Below are positions 37,281 through 46,420 of a stretch of 64,000 nucleotides of DNA, piece by piece. A model generated the notes under the pieces. It was given only the letters and a program-made list of their open reading frames with translations. It had not been told where the DNA came from and did not search any database. The translations under genes were made by a program, and so were the position numbers. The DNA is from an uncultured bacterium. Its GTDB lineage: Bacteria > Patescibacteriota > JABMPQ01 > CAVVCK01. Every line of letters begins with the position of its first letter. The first letter of the stretch is position 1. The DNA is taken from contig CAVVCK010000001.1 of the NCBI GenBank assembly GCA_963746775.1, forward strand, positions 275,050-339,049, written 5' to 3'.

Positions 37281-38009
37281 TTATTCGAAATTAAAACTAT
37301 CAATCATACTATCAAAATCCCCTTTATACTTATTATAATCAGCTTCAGCTCCAGAATAAGAAATAGTATAAACATCGTCTCCTTGAAAAAAATAAACTCG
37401 TATAGACATACCTTCTTCTTCAAAATTAGTTTCTTCTTTTATAGCCTTAAGCCCAGCTACAGCTATTTGATTAGAACTCTTTGGCTCCCCTGAAAATAGA
37501 TGTCCCTCTCTGGCCCAATCTTCCAAAGATAAATTCCTAGGATTACCTTGCACTAATATTTCTACTTTTATCCCCTCCACTAAATCAATATCACTTATTT
37601 TATCAACTTTATTATTTAGGAAATAGACTATCCAGCTATCTTCCCTATTTTCCGGACCCTCAAACCAGCTCTGTGGGTATTTTATATTATAATTATAGAA
37701 AGTATTTTTATAAATTTGCCAATCTTTTGTTTTTTCATCTACGTTTCCAACCTTATCTGAACTAACATTTTCTTTACTGTCCTCTCTTGATGGTTCATTA
37801 TTTTTATCTTCTGTCTTTTTTTCTTCTACTTGTTCTTTGCCTGCCTGGGTAATTTCACCTTGTGCTCCCTGTTCTTTTTCTAATTTTATTTCTTCCCTAT
37901 GGTACCAATAACTATAGGCAAAAATAGCTATTATGATTAAAGCTCCTAAAATAGATGTTAAAATTATTATTAAATTTTTATTATTTTTTATAAACATGGT
38001 TATTTCCAA
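37281..38009 (-). CDS. Membrane-anchored PsbP-like domain protein
   Basis: TM helix; WQIYKN..YNY.IKYP.SW; terminal FDSMIDSFNF. Confidence 0.75.
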   Translation of the reverse strand: MEITMFIKNNKNLIIILTSILGALIIIAIFAYSYWYHREEIKLEKEQGAQGEITQAGKEQVEEKKTEDKNNEPSREDSKENVSSDKVGNVDEKTKDWQIYKNTFYNYNIKYPQSWFEGPENREDSWIVYFLNNKVDKISDIDLVEGIKVEILVQGNPRNLSLEDWAREGHLFSGEPKSSNQIAVAGLKAIKEETNFEEEGMSIRVYFFQGDDVYTISYSGAEADYNKYKGDFDSMIDSFNFE

Positions 38010-38034
38010 TTAAAATTTTTTGTGTGAAAGAAAT

Positions 38035-38100
38035 TTCTGCCATGGGCGGGAAATTCTTCTACGTTCCCCATGGGAACGGTCCCTGCTGCCCATGGCAGCA
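38035..38100. repeat. Three 17-nt palindromes with CATGG/CCATG loop (left REP cluster)
   Basis: TTCTGC-CATGG-GCGGGA; CGTTCC-CCATG-GGAACG; TGCTGC-CCATG-GCAGCA. Confidence 0.85.
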
Positions 38101-38106
38101 ATTTTT

Positions 38107-38665
38107 TTAATTTATAGAATTTACTCTAATACCCTCTAATGCCTTCATATCTACTACACCTTCATTGTTTTCTTCCACACTAATCACACTACGCACTATT
38201 TCTTGAACTTGTTTTTCACCAAACTTCTTGACCGTATAATAATAACTAGAAAAAGAATTTTCTTTTAATTCTGCAAAGGATTGCCAATAACATAGCCAGT
38301 TACCTTCCAAGATACTTCTTCGTTTTTAATATAAAAAACTTTAGTGCTTTGCCAAAATGTTTCATAAGGAACTTGGTAAAGTTTTCTGTATTCTCGTGAA
38401 GTTCCACTGTGAAGTATATTTTTCAATTGAGTCATCTTTCTGCCATCATCTAAATGAAATTTTAATGAAAATGGTTTAAATTAATGCTAAAAGCTAAAAT
38501 AGGAACTTTTAAAACTTGTTTTACTTGTTTAATTTTATTTAAAATAATCTGTTTTTGGGGTATTTCTTTGAAATAAGGATAGTGAGTAAAAGTAGAAGTG
38601 GTCAGAAAATAATAGGTATTATCTGGCCAGCGAATTTTATGCCGTTTAGGGAGAGGTTGTTTCAT
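38107..38665 (-). pseudogene. Disrupted REP-associated tyrosine (HUH/Y1, IS200-like) transposase (RAYT)
   Basis: Three frames join: YYFLT...AFSINLNHFH (HUH) | LKFHL...FWQS...GYVIGNPL | ELKENSFSSY; breaks at about 38464 and 38275. Confidence 0.8.
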
Positions 38666-38679
38666 TTTTTTATCTTCAA

Positions 38680-39264
38680 TCAATAATTTCTGCCATGGGC
38701 AGAAGAAACTCCCGCCATGGGCGGGATAGAAGAAATATTCATACTAAATTCACACCCGCAATAATGCTGTCTGTATAAATTATATTTTTTACTTAACTCT
38801 ACTGATTTTCTAAAACCATCTTTCTTTTTAAAATCTATATCTAAAAATTTTATTTTAAACTCATTACCTAATTTATCCCCTATCTTTTTAATTTTTGCAA
38901 AATTTTTATAAGGTGAAATAGTCAAAGTTGTTGTAAAATAATCAAAACCTTCTCTGCTTGTTTCCTTAGCAACTTCCCTCAATCTTATCTCATAACATCT
39001 TAAACATCTCCTACCACCCTCTAGTTCTTTTTCCAAACCTCTCACCTGCTCTAACCAATTTTGATGATTATAATTTGCTTCAATTAACTTAATATTTATT
39101 TCTTTACAATATTTTTTTGTCTCTTCTAGTCTCTTTAAATATTCTTTTTCAGGATAAATATTGGAGTTACAAAACATACCAGTCACTTCATATTCTTCAC
39201 TTAATCTTTCAATAGAAGCAGTGGAACAAGGAGCGCAGCAGATATGGAGTAGAACTTTTTTCAT
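38680..39264 (-). CDS. queH: Epoxyqueuosine reductase QueH
   Basis: LLHICCAPCS, NSNIYP..EY..R, EGG.RC..CY..RL, FTTTL.ISPYK, YRQ.YCGC.FS. Confidence 0.93.
   Translation of the reverse strand: MKKVLLHICCAPCSTASIERLSEEYEVTGMFCNSNIYPEKEYLKRLEETKKYCKEINIKLIEANYNHQNWLEQVRGLEKELEGGRRCLRCYEIRLREVAKETSREGFDYFTTTLTISPYKNFAKIKKIGDKLGNEFKIKFLDIDFKKKDGFRKSVELSKKYNLYRQHYCGCEFSMNISSIPPMAGVSSAHGRNY
38688..38726. repeat. Two 17-nt CATGG-core palindromes (right REP cluster) inside the queH 3' end
   Basis: TTCTGC-CATGG-GCAGAA and TCCCGC-CATGG-GCGGGA. Confidence 0.85.
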
Positions 39265-39310
39265 AGTCTATTGTTTTTTCAAATTTTACAATTAGCTTGC
39301 TATCTTAAAA

Positions 39311-39396
39311 GAAATTCATAGAAATACATGGAAATTAAGAAATTTATTGTGGCTCCTCACATACGTGGTTAACCACAATTAATTTCTATGAATTTC
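39311..39396. repeat. Long intergenic inverted repeat
   Basis: GAAATTCATAGAAAT ... ATTTCTATGAATTTC enclosing an inner TTGTGG...CCACAA hairpin. Confidence 0.65.
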
Positions 39397-39464
39397 GGCC
39401 AAAGGCCATGTTTTTATTAGTTTCAACTTTTTAAAAACACTCAAGATACTAATAACACCATAAC

Positions 39465-41831
39465 TTACTTTTCTAGCACTTCTCTTAATACCTCATTCAT
39501 ATTTTCCACAAAAACAAACTTTATATCTCTCTGCACTTCTTTGGGTATATCAACTAAATCTTTTTTATTACTGGCCGGTATGATAACTTTTTTCATTCCA
39601 GCTCGATGGGCTGCCAAAACTTTTTCTTTCAATCCACCTATCTCCATGGCCTTACCGCGCAGAGTTACCTCTCCTGTCATAGCAATTTGTCTATTTATTT
39701 TCCTATTGGTTAGCAGTGATACTAAAACACTAGCAATAGCTAATCCAGCTGAGGGTCCATCTTTGGGAATAGCCCCAGATGGTACGTGAATATGCACATC
39801 ACTATTTTTATAAAATTCATCCTTAATACCTTCCTTGGCCGCCCTATTCTTGGCATAGGAAAAAGCTGCCTGGGCTGATTCTTTCATCACTTTGCCCAAA
39901 TGCCCAGTCAAAATTAATTGGCCCTTACCTGGCATTTTAATAGCTTCAATTGGTAATATCTCTCCTCCAGCCTGTGTCCAGGCCAATCCCATAACTACTC
40001 CTACTTCATTTTTCTTTTCTTTGGATGTTGCCTGATATTTTATGGGGCCTAAATAATCAGATAAATTATTACTAACCTTAAATTCTTTTCCCTCATTGCC
40101 TGATATTTTTTTAGCTACCTTGCGACAAATCGCAGCAATTTCTCTTTCTAAATTTCTCACTCCAGCCTCACGCGTATATTCCTCAATAATCTTATACATA
40201 GCAGATTTATTAATGTCTAGTTGTTTTTTATCTAGCCCATGTTCTTTCAATTGTTTAGAAAATAAATATTTCTTAGCAATTTGATATTTTTCATCATAGG
40301 TATAGCCAGAAAATTCAATAATTTCCATACGATCTCTTAGAGCTGGAGGTATGGTGTCCAGCATATTAGCAGTAGTTATAAACATAACATCAGACAAATC
40401 AAAAGGTGACTCTAAATAATGATCAGAAAATTCACTGTTTTGTTCTGGATCTAGCGCTTCTAATAAAGCTGAGGAAGGATCACCCCTAAAATCTGCCCCT
40501 ACTTTATCTATTTCATCTAACATAAATACTGGATTATGAGTACCAGCATTGTTAATACCTTGAATTATTCTGCCTGGCATAGCCCCAACATAAGTTCTCC
40601 GATGCCCTCTTATTTCCGCTTCATCACGAATACCCCCTAGACTCATCCTAATAAATTTACGTCCCAAGGCATGAGCTATAGATTTTCCAATAGAAGTTTT
40701 ACCAGTACCCGGAGGTCCGACAAAACATAAAATGGGTCCTCTTATTTTACCTACCATTTTCTGTACAGCTAAATACTCTAGTATTCTTTCTTTAACTTTT
40801 TTTAAGCCATAGTGATCTTTATCTAAAATTTTCTCAGCACTTCTAATATCTATTTTACTTTTTGATTTTCTACTCCAAGGTAAATCTACCAACCAGTTGA
40901 GATAGGTTCGAATATATGATATTTCAGGACTAAAAGAAGGCATAGCCACCATTCTTTTTAACTCTTTCAATGCCTTTTTTTCAGTCTCAGTAGGCATTCC
41001 CGCTTTTTTAATTTTCTTTTCCAGTTCATCATTCTCTGATTCTCCTCCTACTACCCCTAATTCTTTTTCAATTGATTTCATTTGTTCACGCAAAAACATT
41101 TCTTTTTGCATTTTACCCAATTCTTCTCCTGTATTTGATTCTATTTTCTTAGCTATTTTCAATATTTTTATTTGCCGTGATAATGATTCACTTACTTTCT
41201 GTAATTTATCTTGAATATCCATAGCTTCTAGAATCGCCTGCTTCTCCTGTAATTTAAAATTAACATGCAAGGCAATTAGATCAGTCAAGCGCCAAGGATT
41301 TTTAATATTAACGATTAAGAGTAAAACATCCAGGGGAACAGTAACACCTAAATTTACACATTCTTTAAATAAATTTATTACCGAATACATTAGAGCTTCA
41401 ATTTTTTCTGTTTTTTTATTATTTATTTCTGACTGTAGTTCATACTTAACTTTAAAAAAAGGGGTTTCTTGAATATATTCTCTAATTTTCATTTTAGAAA
41501 CACCTTCAATAAGTATTCTAATGGTATCATCGGGTTGTTTTACTATTTCGCGTATTTTAGCAACTACGCCGAATCTATATAAATCTTTTTCTTTAGGATT
41601 ATCTTTTTCTGGATCCATTTGAGTTACAAAACAAGCCATCCTGCCGTGTTGCATAGCAAAATCAATAGCCTTAATAGATCCTTCACGCTGAACTGCTACT
41701 GGTATCGCTATATGCGGGAAAATAACCATATCTCTAATAGGAACTAAGGGCATTTCTTGTAAATTTCTTGGTCTATGGCCTTTACTAAAGAATCCTTGTT
41801 CTTGGCTTTTATCTGTTTGTTTTTTATCCAT
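39465..41831 (-). CDS. lon: ATP-dependent protease La
   Basis: LON N-domain, GPPGTGKTS, GHRRTYVGAMPG, DEIDK, PKDGPSAG catalytic Ser, KEK. Confidence 0.97.
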   Translation of the reverse strand: MDKKQTDKSQEQGFFSKGHRPRNLQEMPLVPIRDMVIFPHIAIPVAVQREGSIKAIDFAMQHGRMACFVTQMDPEKDNPKEKDLYRFGVVAKIREIVKQPDDTIRILIEGVSKMKIREYIQETPFFKVKYELQSEINNKKTEKIEALMYSVINLFKECVNLGVTVPLDVLLLIVNIKNPWRLTDLIALHVNFKLQEKQAILEAMDIQDKLQKVSESLSRQIKILKIAKKIESNTGEELGKMQKEMFLREQMKSIEKELGVVGGESENDELEKKIKKAGMPTETEKKALKELKRMVAMPSFSPEISYIRTYLNWLVDLPWSRKSKSKIDIRSAEKILDKDHYGLKKVKERILEYLAVQKMVGKIRGPILCFVGPPGTGKTSIGKSIAHALGRKFIRMSLGGIRDEAEIRGHRRTYVGAMPGRIIQGINNAGTHNPVFMLDEIDKVGADFRGDPSSALLEALDPEQNSEFSDHYLESPFDLSDVMFITTANMLDTIPPALRDRMEIIEFSGYTYDEKYQIAKKYLFSKQLKEHGLDKKQLDINKSAMYKIIEEYTREAGVRNLEREIAAICRKVAKKISGNEGKEFKVSNNLSDYLGPIKYQATSKEKKNEVGVVMGLAWTQAGGEILPIEAIKMPGKGQLILTGHLGKVMKESAQAAFSYAKNRAAKEGIKDEFYKNSDVHIHVPSGAIPKDGPSAGLAIASVLVSLLTNRKINRQIAMTGEVTLRGKAMEIGGLKEKVLAAHRAGMKKVIIPASNKKDLVDIPKEVQRDIKFVFVENMNEVLREVLEK

Positions 41832-41952
41832 TTTTAGATAATAATTTTAAATAATAAAAAATAATAACATGTATTATACTTATATTATAGCATATTTTAG
41901 GCTAATTTTCGAGATATTTCTAGCAATTTTATAAACACCCTGTAAAATTATC

Positions 41953-42264
41953 TTATAAAGGCATTTCCATCTCTACCCACCTTTCATCTTTCCAAACATA
42001 TGCTTTTACAAATTTTACCATTTCTGTCTCAGAAGTTACTTGCTCAATTTTTGAGGCAGTTACTCCCTTTCTTCTGCTATAATTAGTTTTTACATTTAAA
42101 ACTTTTGGTTTTACTGTCCGCTCAATTTTCATAAAGCCCAATGGCCCTTCGAATTCTATTGTCTCTGCTATGCCTCCTTCTTCTAATTCTTCCTCATATT
42201 CATCTTTTATTCCAAATTTTTCTTTGACCATATTTTTTACTTCAGTCCATTTTTCATTGGTCAT
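41953..42264 (-). CDS. Hypothetical protein
   Basis: 103-aa ORF with typical composition, overlapping no other plausible gene. Confidence 0.75.
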   Translation of the reverse strand: MTNEKWTEVKNMVKEKFGIKDEYEEELEEGGIAETIEFEGPLGFMKIERTVKPKVLNVKTNYSRRKGVTASKIEQVTSETEMVKFVKAYVWKDERWVEMEMPL

Positions 42265-42275
42265 AATTTTATATG

Positions 42276-43841
42276 TTATTTAGAATCGCGTAATTTTTTA
42301 TAAAATTCATTATATTTAAAAATGATATCTTTATTGGACACCCCTCTGTACATTTTTTCATATAGTTCTGGGTTAATTAATCTTAGATTCTCGCGAGCGA
42401 ATTCTATAATATCAGAAACATCCTCTTGATTCACCATTTTATTTAACGAAGAACCTCTACCATTTTTTGTTCTGTTGCGTAACCATCTCATAAGAGGTTT
42501 TTTCAAGAAAATTGCTTTGCCCAACATATATATAAATTCATTAAAATCTCCTTTATCCTTCTTTGGATTAAATCTAGGTAAAAATTCAGGATTATGTTCT
42601 CTTACTATCTTGCGCAACCTCATATTCTCATCCAATAATTTTATAAAATTATCTTTTTTTGATATTTCCTCTAAAATAATTCCTACAAATCTTTTATCTT
42701 TACTAGCAATAGTTTCCCATGGTTTCCTCAATCCGCCTTTTAGATTACATGTTCTCAAAAAATATTTTATATTAGTCTGATTATTTCTTATAATATCCTG
42801 TATTTTATCTAGGATAGAAGCTGGAAGCTCATCTATACCTATATCTTTATTCCCACTCAAAATATTACAAATATTCCAAAAATAATAAAATCTCTCATCT
42901 TCGTCTTCAACAGCTTCCATCTTATTTTTATAATAGTCTATCAATGTTGTTAATATCTCTTTATGCTCTTTTCTTTCAAATCCATGAGTAAAATTATAAT
43001 GAAATCCTCTTATAAACTCATCCATTCTTAGACCGGTATAATCATCATTATGTGGCTTTCCGGTCTCAAAATCATATTTAGCCCAAGTAGCATCTAAATC
43101 CATTACATCTAATTCTGAATTTTCATCAACATAAATAAAAGTATTCCAAGCATGCGTGTCATCACCAAATATTTTACCTTCGTTGGTAGGTTTGTGTTTT
43201 CTTGCACGAAAATCACCTATTTTATACAAACAATATAAATTTTGCGTTTTATACTTGCTTTTTTGATTTACCTTCAATGATTCAAATATGCCTTTTACTA
43301 CACAAGCATAATTTCTACATATACCATTACCTTTCCATTCTTTATTGTTAATATTTTTTCTTCCCTCTTCGAGAATTTCTAAAATTGTAGATCTATCAGC
43401 TTTTTCTCCATACGGCTTACCATCCTTATAAGAATAACGCATTAAACTCATGGCTATTTCTATAGATAGACCAACTAATTGTCTAGCCGATAAATCATTT
43501 ATATCATTTATCCCTAATCTTCTTCTAATTGCTTCCCCCTCATATGCAAGATAATTTTCTAAAAATTTATAGGTTTTTTCTTTCCAATTAGGATCTTCTG
43601 TTGTGTTTACATAAGTATTTTTATAATTAATATCACTCTCTGTGTTATCAATAATTTTTTTTAAGCTGCTGTTTAGCTCTACCTTATTATCATTGGGTTT
43701 TGGTTCTGGATTAAAATCATCAAAACTAATAAAGTTTAATTTAAAGCTTGGAAATTCTAAAGATTCGATAACTTTTTTAACCTCACTCTCTCCAAATTCA
43801 TCTAAATTTTCTCTATTTATTGGCAAACCTTCTGCTCTCAT
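42276..43841 (-). CDS. Hypothetical protein with transglutaminase-like Cys-His-Asp triad
   Basis: GICRNYA...HAWN...DLDATW. Confidence 0.7.
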   Translation of the reverse strand: MRAEGLPINRENLDEFGESEVKKVIESLEFPSFKLNFISFDDFNPEPKPNDNKVELNSSLKKIIDNTESDINYKNTYVNTTEDPNWKEKTYKFLENYLAYEGEAIRRRLGINDINDLSARQLVGLSIEIAMSLMRYSYKDGKPYGEKADRSTILEILEEGRKNINNKEWKGNGICRNYACVVKGIFESLKVNQKSKYKTQNLYCLYKIGDFRARKHKPTNEGKIFGDDTHAWNTFIYVDENSELDVMDLDATWAKYDFETGKPHNDDYTGLRMDEFIRGFHYNFTHGFERKEHKEILTTLIDYYKNKMEAVEDEDERFYYFWNICNILSGNKDIGIDELPASILDKIQDIIRNNQTNIKYFLRTCNLKGGLRKPWETIASKDKRFVGIILEEISKKDNFIKLLDENMRLRKIVREHNPEFLPRFNPKKDKGDFNEFIYMLGKAIFLKKPLMRWLRNRTKNGRGSSLNKMVNQEDVSDIIEFARENLRLINPELYEKMYRGVSNKDIIFKYNEFYKKLRDSK

Positions 43842-43894
43842 TGTCTTGTTTATTTCTTAATATTATTACATTCTTATATATACCTACTCATGTA

Positions 43895-44917
43895 TTATTT
43901 TCTCACCAAATTATATATCTTATACCACAAACTCTGCAAAGGCTGATCCCAAGCTCCAATATAATTTTTTTCTATTCCAAATTCACGAGCAAAACCTTCT
44001 TTAAAACGTGTTATTCCTCCCCAATCTTGATTTTTATTTTTTGCTTCTTGATTTTTTCCCTTGACTCCCCAAAAATCATAATAATTACACCCCTGTCTTT
44101 TCGCTTCCTTTATAGCTTCCCACTGAATCAAATGAGGTGCCATATATTTTCTATCTTCATAGCTTGAAGCACCATGTAAATAAATAGCATTTTGATTATA
44201 AAAAGAAACTATAATGACTGAAATTATTTTACCTTCCAATTCTGCTACAAATAATTTTATTAAATCTAATTTACCAAAATATTCTAACTGCTTTTTATAA
44301 TACTCTTTAGGATGAGAACTAAATCCATCTCTTTCGGTCGTTTCTTCCATTAATTTCCAAAATGCCTCAAAATCTTTTTCACTACCACCAGATATTCTAA
44401 TTCTAACTCCTTTGCGCTCAGATAATCTAATATTATATCTAGCCTTGGAATGCATCTGAGCTAATATTTCCTCTTCTGACTGAGATATATCTAATATTAA
44501 AGTATTACCCGGATTTACTTCTTTTTTAGATTTTATAAATCCTAAATCAGCTAACAATTTTTTATTTTTATCATTGTAATTCCACTCTGGGTCTATACGG
44601 AAAAATACACAATTTTCTGATTTAGCTATTTCTTTTATTTTTTTTATAAATAATTTTAAAACATCTTTACTTATATTTGATAGCACTGGTCCTCGATTAC
44701 AATATAAATAGCCCTTCCCTAGTGGTAAATCATATTTTGTAATTAAGGCTGAAGCAATAATTTTATTTTCACTTAACACTGCTAACTGCCAAGTCTTTCT
44801 TCTTAATTCTTCTTGAAATTTCCCCCAATTAAAAGATTGGAATAAAGATGCTTTATTAATTTGCCAGAATTCTTCTGTTTGTTGTTTAATTTCTTGATTT
44901 ATTTCAATTATTTTCAA
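43895..44917 (-). CDS. FemABX-family peptidoglycan bridge aminoacyltransferase
   Basis: FQS..WG.F, RGP, RYNIR...RKG, YLHGAS, YDFWG, G..RFK.GF. Confidence 0.93.
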   Translation of the reverse strand: MKIIEINQEIKQQTEEFWQINKASLFQSFNWGKFQEELRRKTWQLAVLSENKIIASALITKYDLPLGKGYLYCNRGPVLSNISKDVLKLFIKKIKEIAKSENCVFFRIDPEWNYNDKNKKLLADLGFIKSKKEVNPGNTLILDISQSEEEILAQMHSKARYNIRLSERKGVRIRISGGSEKDFEAFWKLMEETTERDGFSSHPKEYYKKQLEYFGKLDLIKLFVAELEGKIISVIIVSFYNQNAIYLHGASSYEDRKYMAPHLIQWEAIKEAKRQGCNYYDFWGVKGKNQEAKNKNQDWGGITRFKEGFAREFGIEKNYIGAWDQPLQSLWYKIYNLVRK

Positions 44918-45507
44918 CAGTTTTTATTAATTATATTGCTACCCATATTCTTTAGCGCCCAAGTAATTTTATCCTCAGCCCGTTTTAAATTATCTGGAGT
45001 CTGCCTTACTATTTCTATAGCTTCTTTATTTGAATACCCTAGTTGTTTTAGAGCCTCAATTACCTCTTCACTATCTTTAATATTAGCACTTTCTTTTTCT
45101 GGTAATAATACTTCAATTTTATCTTTTATTTCCATTATAAATCTTTCCGCTTTCTTCCGACCTATACCAGAGACAGCATTGAAAAATAAAATATCTTTGG
45201 AAGCAACAGCTTTTTTTATTTCAGAAACTGATCCTTGCGCTAAAATAGCTAAGCCAACTTTTGGTCCAATGCCGCTCACAGATAAAATAGCTTCAAAAAA
45301 ATTCATTTCATCTAAAGTCTCGAAACCATAAAGAGCCAAAATATCTTCTCGAACATGAGTGTGTATAAAAAGTTCTGTTTCTTCTTTATCTTTTAATTTA
45401 AAATAGGTTTTTTCTGAAATAAAAACTTTATAGCCGACATTGCCGGAATTTATGATGATAAATTTATCATTTTTGTGAATAATATTACCTTTTATCCAGG
45501 AAATCAT
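44914..45507 (-). CDS. ruvA: Holliday junction branch migration protein RuvA
   Basis: VGYKV, HVRED...LYGF, VSGIGPK, GIGRKKAER, AL..LGY. Confidence 0.96.
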   Translation of the reverse strand: MISWIKGNIIHKNDKFIIINSGNVGYKVFISEKTYFKLKDKEETELFIHTHVREDILALYGFETLDEMNFFEAILSVSGIGPKVGLAILAQGSVSEIKKAVASKDILFFNAVSGIGRKKAERFIMEIKDKIEVLLPEKESANIKDSEEVIEALKQLGYSNKEAIEIVRQTPDNLKRAEDKITWALKNMGSNIINKNC

Positions 45508-45510
45508 ATA

Positions 45511-45594
45511 TTTAGAATTATGAATTTAGAATTTAGAATTTAGAATTTAGAATTTAGAATTTAGAATTATTTTTGTCATAATTCATAATTCATT
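45511..45594. repeat. Heptamer tandem array (TTTAGAA)n with inverted CATAATT arm
   Basis: About 8 near-perfect TT(T/A)(A/T)GAA units at 45511-45567, then CATAATTCATAATTCATT. Confidence 0.85.
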
Positions 45595-45632
45595 CCCCTT
45601 AATTCTATTTTACACGACTATTATAAAAATAC

Positions 45633-45664
45633 AAAAAAACGCGTGATTCTTATCACGCGTTTTT
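45633..45664 (-). terminator. Rho-independent terminator
   Basis: AAAAAAACGCGTGAT-TCTT-ATCACGCGTTTTT. Confidence 0.8.
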
Positions 45665-45683
45665 AAATTAATTTTGTCCTCTA

Positions 45684-46307
45684 TTATTTCTTGTCCTTAT
45701 TGGCTTTATAATCAGCAATAGCTTTAACAACTTTTCCGTCATCTTTTAATTGTTCAACAAATAAAATTTGATCTTTATTTAGAATCATAGAATCTTCTGG
45801 ACCGTGTAATTCTTCACCTAATTTAATGAGGGTTAGACCTTGGCTATCTGTAGTTTGTCCTGGTTGTTCTAACACTTGTCCTTCTGTATTAGTATCTGTG
45901 GCTGTTCCTTGATCATCAGTAGCTTGTTGGCCGTCAGTAGCTGCTTGTGGAGATTGAGCTAATTGCAAATAGTAGATATCACTTAGAGAAGGATTAGTAG
46001 TATTATAACCTGCTATTTTACCGAAATAAACTTGCCCATTGCTTAAAAATACTGCATAATATTTACTGCTATCTAAATTTACCATATTAGCATTTTTCAC
46101 TTTTTCGCTATAAATAGCTCCAAAAAGAATAGAAGCACCTAATACTAAAACTGCTAAAACTAGAAAAATCAATGTTAACAATACAGACTTAGACATATTT
46201 GGGCTTTTTTTTGGTACAAAGCTAGATTCTGTTCTTGTTCTTGAACTTGGACCTGAACTTGACGATGCTCTTGATTTTGATCCTGAGCGAAGATTTATTT
46301 CGCGCAT
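45684..46307 (-). CDS. Membrane-anchored conserved hypothetical protein
   Basis: TM helix, then YYAVFLSNGQVYFGK...LSDIYYLQ...LIKLGEELHGP.D...N..QILF.E. Confidence 0.8.
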   Translation of the reverse strand: MREINLRSGSKSRASSSSGPSSRTRTESSFVPKKSPNMSKSVLLTLIFLVLAVLVLGASILFGAIYSEKVKNANMVNLDSSKYYAVFLSNGQVYFGKIAGYNTTNPSLSDIYYLQLAQSPQAATDGQQATDDQGTATDTNTEGQVLEQPGQTTDSQGLTLIKLGEELHGPEDSMILNKDQILFVEQLKDDGKVVKAIADYKANKDKK

Positions 46308-46420
46308 AATTTTTATTGGTTAATTATTATACAAAATAACTATACATGGATATAGTTTTATATACAATTTATTGCTATGGTGATATTATCACATAAATAC
46401 CTTATAATAAAGTAAAGGCT

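Noticed and set aside
38035-38100. CRISPR array
   Set aside because: Arms differ between units and spacers are 5-10 nt; better explained as REP-like palindromes beside a RAYT.
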